Assembly (NCBI GenBank): GCA_964016885.1
Contig: OZ024742.1
Location: 368,218,001 to 368,282,000 of the forward strand
Direction: 5' to 3'
Length of the DNA: 64,000 nucleotides
Source: Eledone cirrhosa
Lineage: Eukaryota
Shown: piece after piece, positions 53,984 to 64,000 of the stretch
Layout: every line of letters begins with the position of its first letter
Numbering within the stretch: the first letter of the stretch is position 1
Program-made: the position numbers and the translations under genes
The notes under the pieces: generated by a model
Told to the model about the DNA's origin: nothing
What the model saw: only the letters and a program-made list of their open reading frames with translations
The model's database searches: none

Positions 53984-55699
53984 TTGCTCGGCTTATTCAG
54001 TTTTTCCATGGCACATAAATGGAGTATTTCCATTTCGAATCAATACCTTTCACTAAAATCGGGCAATTGGACTGATCAAATTCACATTCATGCCAGTTTT
54101 TACAAATCCAAAAAACGAAATTATCCTATTTCCAATCAGAAATATAGAACGCGCGCGTTAATCTTATCATTACTCATAATCGGTTGTGTCGAATTAAATC
54201 CTGGACCTGAATTTGAATTCAATGAGACTGACAAAGATCAAAACATTGATAAACAGAATGAAAAACGGAGAAAAACTGCAATTAGGAATAGGGAGTACAG
54301 ACAACGGAAAGCTGCAGAAATAAGAGAAAAAAGACAATCAGACGAAGCAAAATTTAAAAATAAGGCATGGCAAAAAGCATATAGACTGAGAAGAGGCGAT
54401 GAGGGCAAAAGTCAGGAGGCATCGTATCAAAAAGTGCGCAGACTGAGGGCAGGTGATGAGGGCAAAAATCAGCATGCATTGAATCAAAAAGAGCACAGAG
54501 TGAGAGCAGGCGATGAGGGCAAAAGTCAACAGGCATTGTATCAAAAAGCACACAGATTGAGAACAGGAGAAGAAGGAAAAGAAAAAGATGCCATATATTT
54601 TTCACATTATTATTTTACAAATGCACGGTTGATACAACAAAAACACAAATGTTTGTACAGAAAAAAACGAATTCAACGATTTAAAGACATTCGCATGCAA
54701 AGGGAAATCATGTTACACAAATTCACAAAATCATATTTGGCTTCGAAAAAAGAAAAACCAAAAAATCGGACACAGTATAGGAAGAAATTCAAGCAGGGCC
54801 TTGAAAAAGTTTCCAAAATCTACAGAGAAGCACAGGGAATTCGAAATATCATGTTTAATGAATTGAAAAAAACAATGGCTTCAGTTTATGCACACATCAA
54901 ATTAGCTAAGAAGGAGGGGTTGACTGCATACTGGGGGGAAATATTTTACCATACTTTCACAAATGAACACTTTCTATTCCCAAAAAGTACAGTTGATTAT
55001 TTTCCTCTAACAGAACTTGAAAACCACAATTTTCTGACTGATGACTGTCTAACAAATGAGTGCAGGTGTAAAGATGGTGATGAGCCAAGTGAGGGAAGTG
55101 CACAAGGAGAGGGAGGTGGGCAAAGTGAGAAAGGTGCACAAAGAGGGGGGAATGAGCCAAGTGAGAAAGGTGCACAAAGAGGGGGAGATGAGCCAAGTGA
55201 GGGAGGTGCACAAGGAGAGGGAGGTGAGCAAAGAGAGAAATGTGCACAAAGAGGGGGGGATGAGCCAAGTGAGACAGGTGCACAAAGAGGGGGAGATGAG
55301 CCAAGTGAGGAAGGCAAGCAAAGAGGGGGAGATGAGCCAAGTGAGGGAGGTGCACAAAGTGGGGGGGATGAGCCAAGTGAGAAATGTCCACAAAGAGGGG
55401 TAGATGAGCCAACTGATGGAGGTGAGCAAAGTGAGGCAGGTGCACAAAAAGAGGGGGGTGAGCAAAGTGACCAGAAAGATTTTGATGGCAGAAAATGTAC
55501 AGAACTTCTGACTTTGGCTAGATTGTGCAAATTTGGTCCCCCATCAAATTGCACAGATCCCACTGCACGTCTAAAGCTAGCTAAACGAATGCACAAGGCC
55601 ATACATGAACTTTCACCTGATTTGACTGTGTCCCAAATTCGGAAAAAATGGAAATCTTTGAGCAGTGTAAAGGATTCCATAGGGACATCTATTGCATAG
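53984..55699 (+). CDS. N-terminal segment of the Helitron polyprotein (2A-like motif, basic region, 21-aa and 13-aa repeats)
   Basis: LLIIGCVELNPGP at ~54170-54208, RLRAGDEGK repeats and GGDEPSE repeats. The likely ATG is at 54008. Confidence 0.7.
   Translation: MLGLFSFSMAHKWSISISNQYLSLKSGNWTDQIHIHASFYKSKKRNYPISNQKYRTRALILSLLIIGCVELNPGPEFEFNETDKDQNIDKQNEKRRKTAIRNREYRQRKAAEIREKRQSDEAKFKNKAWQKAYRLRRGDEGKSQEASYQKVRRLRAGDEGKNQHALNQKEHRVRAGDEGKSQQALYQKAHRLRTGEEGKEKDAIYFSHYYFTNARLIQQKHKCLYRKKRIQRFKDIRMQREIMLHKFTKSYLASKKEKPKNRTQYRKKFKQGLEKVSKIYREAQGIRNIMFNELKKTMASVYAHIKLAKKEGLTAYWGEIFYHTFTNEHFLFPKSTVDYFPLTELENHNFLTDDCLTNECRCKDGDEPSEGSAQGEGGGQSEKGAQRGGNEPSEKGAQRGGDEPSEGGAQGEGGEQREKCAQRGGDEPSETGAQRGGDEPSEEGKQRGGDEPSEGGAQSGGDEPSEKCPQRGVDEPTDGGEQSEAGAQKEGGEQSDQKDFDGRKCTELLTLARLCKFGPPSNCTDPTARLKLAKRMHKAIHELSPDLTVSQIRKKWKSLSSVKDSIGTSIA
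55075..55470 (+). repeat. Coding minisatellite, 39-bp unit (GGDEPSExGAQRG)
   Basis: Recurrent GATGAGCCAAGTGAG...GCACAAAGAGGGGG. Confidence 0.85.
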
Positions 55700-56580
55700 G
55701 ACAGTCTGACTGCACAAATGGACTTGAACTGATTCGAAGTATGGCTCCTCACTCTCTTCGCATCCGTACAATTCTGAGATGTGTGTACAAAGTGAGATCA
55801 GTCTGTGTCTGGCTAGACTCCTATGACATTTCAATCTTGGAAGGAAATTGGTCAATGTTTGATGATCTAGTAAATCCCCAAAACATGTCCAACAATCTGC
55901 TAAGCCGTTTGAATGAGATAGTGGAAAATGAAAATGAGAGCTTGCATTCAGAATCCTCAATCATGGCCAATTTTGCATCCATTATCAAACATTTTAATAA
56001 AGAGATTCAAAAAATGAAAATCAACTCCTGTGACATTTGCAAACAACGAGAATTAGATGCTAAACTCAAAGTCTGGGAGGATTGGAGCCCTTTGACAAAT
56101 CCCTATCTCCTGGAAACCATTCAACAAAACTACTCTCTGCCATGTACGATTTGCTCTACATGTAGAAATAGTCTTGTCAAAAAGTCGATACCATCATTGG
56201 CTTCAATCAATGGCCTAGAAGTGGTCAAAATTCCAAATGTGTTGTCAAAGTTGAACATGTATGAGCAGATTTTGATCCAAATGGCCAATTGCTTCATCAA
56301 TGTCATTAAATTGTCACCCTATCGTTTCAAAGGTGCACCATCACATCTAGTAGCTGCTATTAAAGGAATAGCAACTCACATGCCACTACCAGTAGAAAAC
56401 ACAATCAATCATGTAATGAAAAAACTTCCAAAATGATGCATTTGAAATAATTGTTGATAGTCTTCCAACTAAAAGGGACACAATTTGGCGATCGCTAGTG
56501 AATATGCAAAATGTCTTTGATGCCTTGGAGTGGCTGAAAAACAACAATGACATTTACAATGACATTTTGATAGACAGAAC
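55648..56580 (+). pseudogene. Cys-rich / DUF6570-like segment of the Helitron polyprotein
   Basis: CDIC...CSTC...PSLASINGL...LNMYEQILI...KGIATHMPLP, then after a frameshift SLPTK...WRSLVNMQNVFDALEWLKNNN. Confidence 0.75.
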
Positions 56581-58546
56581 CACAAATTTAGAGGACATTG
56601 TTACATGCACTGGTGAAAATGTTTCCATCAATTTTCCACACATTCTCACACAAACTGGTGCTGAAACAGTCTATGAACACCATACTGTACAGCAAATCAA
56701 GCCTGCACTCCCAAATCAAAAGGAACTTCAACTGTTTCGCATGAAACGAGTTGAAGGTACTCTTCTTCCGGACAATGATCCAAACCTGGATCTGATGTGC
56801 TTCCCCCACTTCTTCCCTAACGGAAAATTTGGAATGATGCACATGAACAGACCCCATGGTAGAGTAAAGCCCTACATGTTCATCAGAAACAGACTCAGAC
56901 ATGAGGAACCCCGGTTTCGTAGAGACATTCAGTACATTCTCTACAATTTGGACAAGGCTGACAAAAGAGCACTAGATTCTGGCATTTATGCCGTAATGAA
57001 ATCACTCAAAAGTCCAAAATTGACACTTGCTCAATTTTATAAAAGATTGGAAGACAATGATGAACAATTGGAAAGTGGTTTGTCAATGATGATGGCGAAT
57101 GTTCGTGGAACAAAGCCATTTTGGGAACGCAAGTGCTCCGACTTGAATGCCATAGATGAGAAATTCGGTCCTGCCCATTTGTTTATCACTCTTTCATGTG
57201 CTGAATACTTTTGGCCAGGCTTAAGGGAATTTTTGGAAAAACTCAATAAAGACATTGCAAATGTTGAAACAAAGCCGATAGGGAATCTCTGTGCAAATGA
57301 TGCTGTGGCTGTCAGTGAGTACTTTCACCATCGTTTTAGTGCTGTTTTTCATGATGTAATTTTAAATAAAAAAGGCCCATTTAGGGAAATTATTCATTAC
57401 TTTTGGCGACTCGAGTATCAACAACGTGGTGCCCCTCACATTCACCTTAAAGCCTGGGTTCGGGACAGTGTAATTTTTGACAAAGATCCTAAAGAAAAAA
57501 TCAAGCAATTTATTGAACGCTGCATTACTTGCCGGCTACCATCCCCTGTGGCCAGCCCAAACTTGGCAAATCTCGTTAGACGGTTCCTAGTCCATACTTG
57601 TGGCAAAGCATACTGGAGAATAGTGAGGAGAGGGAAAAGTTTTCGTAAAAAATGCCGTTTTGGCTTTGCATGTGCAGTGGGGCCATTTCGGTTTTTCTCA
57701 GTTTCTGAAAGTATCAAATCACGAAAAAATGGTAATTGGACAAAAAAACTGTACCAATTGGAAAGAAAAGAATCAGAAAAGTACATAAATGACTACAATC
57801 CATGTTTACTTCTAGCCTGGCAAGCAAATATAGATGTGCAATACATTGGTGAGAATAGTATGATTTTGAATAGATATGTCACCTGCTATCAGACTAAAGC
57901 TGAAAAAAATGAGGCTGAGGGAGTGTGGGCGAATCTGGATCATTCCAAAACAAAATATGGGAAATACAAAAGTGCTGGACTGCAATTGCTTGGGAAAAGG
58001 GATACAGGAGGGTATGAAGTTGCTGACAAACTTTTGGGGCATCATTTTTACGGGTCATCAGATCATGTTATTTGGGTAGGTGCAGACATTCCCAGTAGGC
58101 GCGGCCGCAGATTGAAATCTCAAAATGATCTCGATGAACTGAGTGAACACTCAATGGACTTGTTCTACGAGAACATGGTGGAAACTTTTTACAAAAACCG
58201 GCCAAAATTCCTGGAAGATTCCTCCTTATATGAAGTTGGCAGAAAATATGAGAGGACACAAAAAAAACCTGTTGACAAAGATGTGGCTACAAAAATGAAA
58301 TTGCTCAATGACAAGGGGTATTTTCATAGTGTAAAACAGCGGGTAGTTAAAGCACCGAATATACAGCTCAAAAATGACACAAAAGAACGTTATTACCACA
58401 ATCTTCTAATGCTGTTCAAACCCTGGCGCGATGAGGACAAAGATTTATTGGGGGGCTGCAAAACATTTGAAGAGTCCTTTCATCTGGGTGCAAACAATTT
58501 GCCTAATATGGTGAATTTTCAAAATGTGAGGAAAAAAAATCACTGA
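56498..58546 (+). CDS. HUH Rep (rolling-circle initiator) domain
   Basis: Motif I LFITLSCAE, motif II FWRLEYQQRGAPHIH, motif III YVTCYQTK; also CRFGF, INDYNP and LFKPWRDE. Confidence 0.93.
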   Translation: MNMQNVFDALEWLKNNNDIYNDILIDRTTNLEDIVTCTGENVSINFPHILTQTGAETVYEHHTVQQIKPALPNQKELQLFRMKRVEGTLLPDNDPNLDLMCFPHFFPNGKFGMMHMNRPHGRVKPYMFIRNRLRHEEPRFRRDIQYILYNLDKADKRALDSGIYAVMKSLKSPKLTLAQFYKRLEDNDEQLESGLSMMMANVRGTKPFWERKCSDLNAIDEKFGPAHLFITLSCAEYFWPGLREFLEKLNKDIANVETKPIGNLCANDAVAVSEYFHHRFSAVFHDVILNKKGPFREIIHYFWRLEYQQRGAPHIHLKAWVRDSVIFDKDPKEKIKQFIERCITCRLPSPVASPNLANLVRRFLVHTCGKAYWRIVRRGKSFRKKCRFGFACAVGPFRFFSVSESIKSRKNGNWTKKLYQLERKESEKYINDYNPCLLLAWQANIDVQYIGENSMILNRYVTCYQTKAEKNEAEGVWANLDHSKTKYGKYKSAGLQLLGKRDTGGYEVADKLLGHHFYGSSDHVIWVGADIPSRRGRRLKSQNDLDELSEHSMDLFYENMVETFYKNRPKFLEDSSLYEVGRKYERTQKKPVDKDVATKMKLLNDKGYFHSVKQRVVKAPNIQLKNDTKERYYHNLLMLFKPWRDEDKDLLGGCKTFEESFHLGANNLPNMVNFQNVRKKNH

Positions 58547-58556
58547 TGCAGTTGAG

Positions 58557-60537
58557 ATGGGGAAGAGGTTGGAGAAGGAGGGAGAGGTCGGAGAAGGACG
58601 GAGAGAAGAGGGGGAGAAGGAGGCAAGAGATGAGGCTGGTATTGATGTTCCCCAAATTTTAGATGTAGGTGAAACTGCTCTACAGACAAAAGAAACACAG
58701 CTTAATACAGATCAAATATCCATATACAATCTAATTGTATCAGCAATTGAAAAACAGGAATTGCATTGGAATTCGGAAAAACCACTACCAAGGTGCAGAT
58801 GTGATGATTGCCCACAATTTCTCAAATTTGTCTCTGGTGTAGGAGGTACAGGGAAAAGTTTTCTCATTGATATAATTTCTGACAAAGTTACTCAAATTTG
58901 TTGCAAGAGAAATGGGGCCCCAGTAGTCATTTGTGCACCAACTGGTATGGCTGCTTTCCAAATCAAGGGGACTACTTTGCACAGGCTCTTGAAACTCCCA
59001 GTCCAACATGGAAAGTCACCATCATATAGCGAATTAGAAAGTGATGAACTCAAAATTTTGCGATCCACTCTAGAGGGTGTCCGTCTGATAATTATCGATG
59101 AAATAAGTATGGTCAGTCATCTGATGTTGGCATTTATCCATAGGCGTCTAGATGAGATTTTTGGGGACCAGAGTCAAATGACCAGCCCTTTTGGAAAAAT
59201 AAATATTCTGGTTTTTGGCGATCTACTTCAACTTCCACCAGTAAATGAAAAAACACTCTTTTCCAGTATTTCTGCATATGATGCTAAAAGGACTGGTCTG
59301 GGAATAAGTGGGCAGTCACTGTGGAAATTTTTCGACTATGATGAGCTCACTATAAACATGCGGCAAAAAAATGACAGTGAAAACTATTCTGAAATGTTGG
59401 GTCGAATAAGAATAGGATCACCTACAGACATGGACATCAAGACTTTGAGTGAACATTGCCTATTCCCAGATCGCAGGGCAACAATGAGAGAGGCAACTGA
59501 GAAACTAATGCAACTTTGCACATTACCTAGTCAAAAATTTGTCTGTATTTTGCCTGTCAATGAATCTGAAGATGAATTCAATAAGGAAATGCTTAAGCAT
59601 GCCAACATCAGTACAGTTGTAGTTATTGCTGAGGACTCAGGAATGCGCCAGAAAGGTCGTAAAAAAAGTCAAAGTCAAACAAATTTTCCAAACCAAAAAG
59701 GCATCAGACACTGCTGGACTTGAGACTGAATTGCAAGTTGGAGTTGGGGCCAGAGTAATGCTGAGACGAAACATTAATTTGGTGAAGGGGCTATGTAATG
59801 GTGTCATGGGAACAGTGCAAAGCATGGTCAATGGAAAAGATGGGAAAATGGGACAAATCATTGTGGAATTTGATCACATGATAGGCAATGACATTTCAAT
59901 AGAAAAGGTGACTGCAGACTATGAAATCTCTCCTGGTGTGTATGTGACACGAAAACAGTTCCCCCTAAGCCTTGCCTATGCCATCACCATCCATAAATCA
60001 CAGGGAATAAGTGTTGATGGGGTCATTGCTGATCTTGGTCCTCTGTTGTTCGCAGATGGAATGGGCTATGTTGCACTTTCACGAGCTGGGAAACTCTGCA
60101 ATGTCTATTTGATAGATTTTGACCCACGAACCCTGATCATGTGTGACAAATCTGCTTGGGAAGAGTATAACAAATTGCGTTCTACAACAAAATTGCCTCC
60201 ACTTGGACCATGTAGAAATAAACCACCATGCATGGCTTCTGAATCTTGCATGCCAAACAAACGATCATGGCGAATGTTGAATGTGGACAACCCTTCTGAA
60301 TATGCTCCTCCTACCAAAAAACCTAAATTAGCTACAATTTCCATGCTCACTCCCATGATTAGACTACAAAATAAGGAAAATGCCTGTTTTGCCAATTCCA
60401 CACTTCAAGTTATTGCCCAATTGCCCAAACTTTGGGAAACTTTGTTGTCTACCAAATTACTCAGTCCAGTTGTTCAGGAAAAAGCAAATATTGTCAATGA
60501 TTCAAAAGTTGAACTTGCCCAATCTTCACAACATTGA
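58557..60537 (+). pseudogene. PIF1-family SF1B helicase (frameshift ~59665) plus C-terminal USP-like Cys box
   Basis: GVGGTGKS, IIIDEISMV, FGDLLQLPPV, NMRQ, GARVMLRRN, QFPLSLAYAITIHKSQG and YVALSR, then LQNKENACFANSTLQ. Confidence 0.92.
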
Positions 60538-60800
60538 AAATTGGTCAAAATTTGACAAATCTGACTTCAAACCAGATTTGAACAATGTTGGAAATCTTAA
60601 ATTGACACAAATTTTTGCCAATGTTTTTGCCACCTGAGGTAATTACAAGGGGAGGTAATTACGAGTCTCTCTCTATTATCTAATATATTTCAAATTGTAT
60701 TTTTAACTAAATTCATTTATCATAGTCTAATATTTTAAAAATAGGTTAGTGCTCCACGATGATGACCCATGTCCCCGCCATGTGGAGGGGATTCTTAGGA

Positions 60801-60860
60801 GCCATCCAGATATCATGTGACCATTTTTGATTCGCGGTGTCCACATGATATCTGGATGGC
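60801..60860. other. Perfect 19-bp inverted repeat (hairpin) downstream of the Helitron ORF
   Basis: GCCATCCAGATATCATGTG (60801-60819) pairs with CACATGATATCTGGATGGC (60842-60860). Confidence 0.8.
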
Positions 60861-61383
60861 CCTTTATACTAATTAGTCATTTATCTGCATAACAATTATA
60901 CCAGATCATTCTGATTATTGGCTTGAAATCTTTTACAAAATTAGTATAAGCAACTAAGAGGTCATCAATAGAAATAGAATTACTTTTTGAAGTTTTCATG
61001 CACAGCATTTTTTGGGATTTTAAATAAAAGTTAATATCATAATTCTTATTTTGTATACCCACATTGCAGATACAGAGAAACATGACAATCCTATATAAAG
61101 GTCGTAGACAGCAGTATCAGTTTTTATCCGTAACACCATTGAAATGCACAAGTTTCACCAATTCCCTATTATGCACTAATCATCTCAAATGCATCCATGA
61201 TTTACTAGCTTTGTCATTAAGCCAGTTGTCTCAACTAGATTGCAATTATACTCAAAAGAACTTTAAAATGTCAATCACTTGTCAGTAATTCACTATGATC
61301 ATTTAATTATTAGATAGTTGTTGCTTGCATTGCCTTAAAAAATAGTAGACCAGATAGAAAAATGCGTACAGCAAAAAAAAGTA

Positions 61384-62478
61384 ATATTGTTGGAATATAA
61401 ACCTTTAAAAATACAGGACAAGAAACTAAAATAAAACTTTAAAAGAATAGGACAAGAAACTAAGATAAAACTTTAAAGAATTGGACAAGAAATAAAAAAA
61501 TTTACAATAATATTAGTGGCAAAATTTTTTTATTCGTTTCCTGTGCTATGCCCCAGTATCTTCTTGATTAGTGCATAATAATTGCCATGCTCTCATTGTG
61601 CGTTGCCCTTGAGCGGTTGGTTCTGGTTGGGGTTGGTTGGCTGAGCAGTTCTGCTCCGTCAGAATGACCATTGCAAGAAGAATTGGCCGATGCAGCTGCA
61701 GGTCTTCTCCAAGAATGCACTTCTGGTCCCGCAACACCATACGAAGATGGAGAAGACGACCGGGACAAGATGTCGACTCTGACCACCGACTACGGCACCT
61801 CCCTCAAACACCGGTCCTCCCTCCCTCTGTCCCGTCATCCCTCCAGTCCTCCTGCTCCCCCTTCCTGTACCAGAAAGCTGTGGCACACATTCATCTGGAC
61901 TGCCGGACTTGAACTCAAGGACAAGATGAAAGGAGAAGCTGGACGGGTTGGTCAAGATCAAGGATGAGCGGGACGACAAGACCGTCCGCTGCTGCTCAAG
62001 ATCTGTGCTCATGGGCCCATGGGTCCATTCACATTATGCATGACACATGAGGCGTGTCGCCGAATGATGAAATAGGGGTATGGTTATGGCCCAATTGGTG
62101 TTCAAACCAGGATAAAAAATGATCCCCCCGGTCTGACGACGACCTCTGAATATGGACCCCAGAGCCTATGAATGTGGAACTCGATTTTTTACTAATAAAA
62201 ATTTTGCCACTAATATTATTGTAAAATTTTTTATTTCTTGTCCAATTCTTTAAAGTTTTATCTTAGTTTCTTGTCCTATTCTTTTAAAGTTTTATCTTAG
62301 TTTCTTGTCCTATTCTTTTAAAGTTTTATCTTAGTTTCTTGTCCTATTCTTTTAAAGTTTTATCTTAGTTTCTTGTCCTATTCTTTTAAAGTTTTATCTT
62401 AGTTTCTTGTCCTATTCTTTTAAAGTTTTATTTCAGTTTCTTGTCCTGTATTTTTAAAGGTTTATATTCCAACAATAT
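61384..62478. mobile_element. Foldback-like structure: long inverted repeats built from 34-bp tandem units around a GC-rich core
   Basis: The left arm 61384-61534 (3 units) is the reverse complement of the right arm 62194-62478 (7 units; GTTTTATCTTAGTTTCTTGTCCTATTCTTTTAAA). Confidence 0.8.
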
Positions 62479-62486
62479 ATATATAT

Positions 62487-62683
62487 AACGAAGAAGTTGT
62501 GGTAAGGAACCAGATGGACCATAACGCACCAGAGTAGTAGTAGTAGAGTGGGTAATAGGAAAATGTAAGACCCCGACGGCAGAGTTCAAGCCGTTTCGAC
62601 GGCTATTTCTGGACTATATTCTAATTTAGTCCAGAAATAGCCGTCGAAACGGCTTGAGCTCTGCCGTCGGAGTCTTACATTTT

Positions 62684-62688
<5 letters not shown>
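62487..62688. mobile_element. Repeat family X copy 2 with palindrome 62555-62688
   Basis: Homologous to 14907-15102, with ~62-bp arms, 2 mismatches and a ~10-nt loop. Confidence 0.8.
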
Positions 62689-62726
<38 letters not shown>

Positions 62727-63240
62727 ACATGGCGTGCTGCGTGGTTGCAAATGGGTTACATATGAATAAATTTAGTCCGTCATCAGTGATCTTCCAACCT
62801 TCATTGGTATTTCATCGCTTTAAAGACCATATACCTACGGTTGGTGCGAACAACGGCTAAAGAAAGTCGTTGGGACACGGAAATAGGGGGAACGAGCGAG
62901 ACAGTAAACAATCAAAGATGGTAATGCAACGAATCTGCTACTCTCTCTCCTACTTCCTCCCGTTTGACCTATGCGAGATTCTTTCCTCATGCACACTTCG
63001 ACCAGGTCGGATGGTCTTTATTCTCTCTCGTCTACGATTTCACAGAACTTATGTTCATCGATTTCAGGGACTTGACTCCTTCTTCCTCACTTTTCGTTGC
63101 ATTACCATCTTTAGTCCTTCATCACTGATGAAGGACTAAATTTATTCATATATATATATATATATATATATATAATGAGTTGGTGAACCGCACGTACTAC
63201 AAAAAACTACAAAACAATATATATATATATATATATATAT

Positions 63241-64000
63241 AATATTTAGAAACACACAGATACATGCGGACACACACATATATACATGAATGCATCCGCA
63301 CCCAACTGTGAGTTAAGGGTGCCAACTTCACCGATGTTGCTCAATGAATGACTGGGACAGACCAATTCAGTTTGAACCAGACTGAACCAGTATCAGAGTA
63401 AAAATACATTATGAAGAGAGAAGAAACATTTAGATATAATTAGTAATAAAATGTATCATACCTAAACTGTTCCTAAATTCCTCGACTACGTAGTTTCGTG
63501 GCATAAACAAAAACAATATATCAAAGATATAGAGTCCTTGCGAGGTCTGCCGACTTATCAAGAGGATACCTCATTTTACTAGTCTCAAGAACGCGTCTAC
63601 ACGACGTGAGAAAGAATCCCAAAAGGCGGAGGGGGAGATAGTCACGCGATATAACGGTCGAGAAACAGAGCTAAGCCTCTTATAACCACGAAGAAAATAC
63701 CACGGAGGCGGAGGGGGTATTCATATCGAGGCCGTAGAAGAGGTAGTGAAGAAGGCGAGAAGTATGAGTAATGGAAGCTTTCCAGTTGTCCCCACACTTC
63801 AAAGATTGCTCGACCAGAGGGAGTTATTAATATATTTAAAAAACACACAGATACATGCGGACACACACATATATACATGAATGCATCCGCACCCATTAAC
63901 TCACAGTTGGGTGCGGATGCATTCATGTATATATGTGTGTGTCCGCATGTATCTGTGTGTTTCTAAATATATTAATAACTCCCTCTGGTCGAGCAATCTT
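63241..64000. mobile_element. Penelope pLTR/retrozyme-like element family Z (direct terminal repeat + inverted copy running off the window)
   Basis: 63241-63305 recurs at ~63830-63895. 63802-63895 is inverted with respect to 63908-64000. A degenerate hammerhead lies on the minus strand at 63480-63565. Confidence 0.72.

Larger units (their letters stand above)
53984..60537 (+). mobile_element. Helitron2/Helentron-type rolling-circle transposon coding region (Rep + PIF1 helicase polyprotein, 4 frameshifts)
   Basis: Five consecutive + strand ORFs with Cys-rich/DUF6570-like, HUH Rep and SF1B helicase motifs in the expected order. Confidence 0.92.

Overview
Eukaryotic, repeat-dominated, heterochromatin-like DNA. 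No host protein-coding gene is recognisable. The SINE fragments and microsatellite load suggest an octopod cephalopod, but this is recall and inference, not a database result. Main blocks: (1) a 10.5-kb (CACACACTGA)n satellite with a ~3.25-kb higher-order duplication; (2) microsatellite-rich spacers with Penelope/retrozyme-like inverted-repeat relics carrying many type I hammerhead ribozyme folds; (3) a 5.3-kb 27-bp satellite; (4) a ~27-kb head-to-tail array of nine Tx1-clade (L1-group) non-LTR retrotransposon copies from about five diverged families, all on the minus strand and joined at (GATA)n/(TATC)n tracts, with one intact copy at 32965-38689; (5) a Helitron2/Helentron-type Rep-PIF1 polyprotein broken only at four A-homopolymer frameshifts, with an N-terminal 2A-like (StopGo) motif and a C-terminal USP-type Cys box. 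The most novel-looking signals are the apparent GATA-repeat targeting of the Tx1 elements and their shared splice-signal architecture. Each full-length copy has a putative 5'-UTR intron, a 5' donor at the ORF1 end and a 3' acceptor on the ORF2 stop codon, so all of ORF2 could be a removable intron. The long ORFs predicted over the satellites are artefacts.
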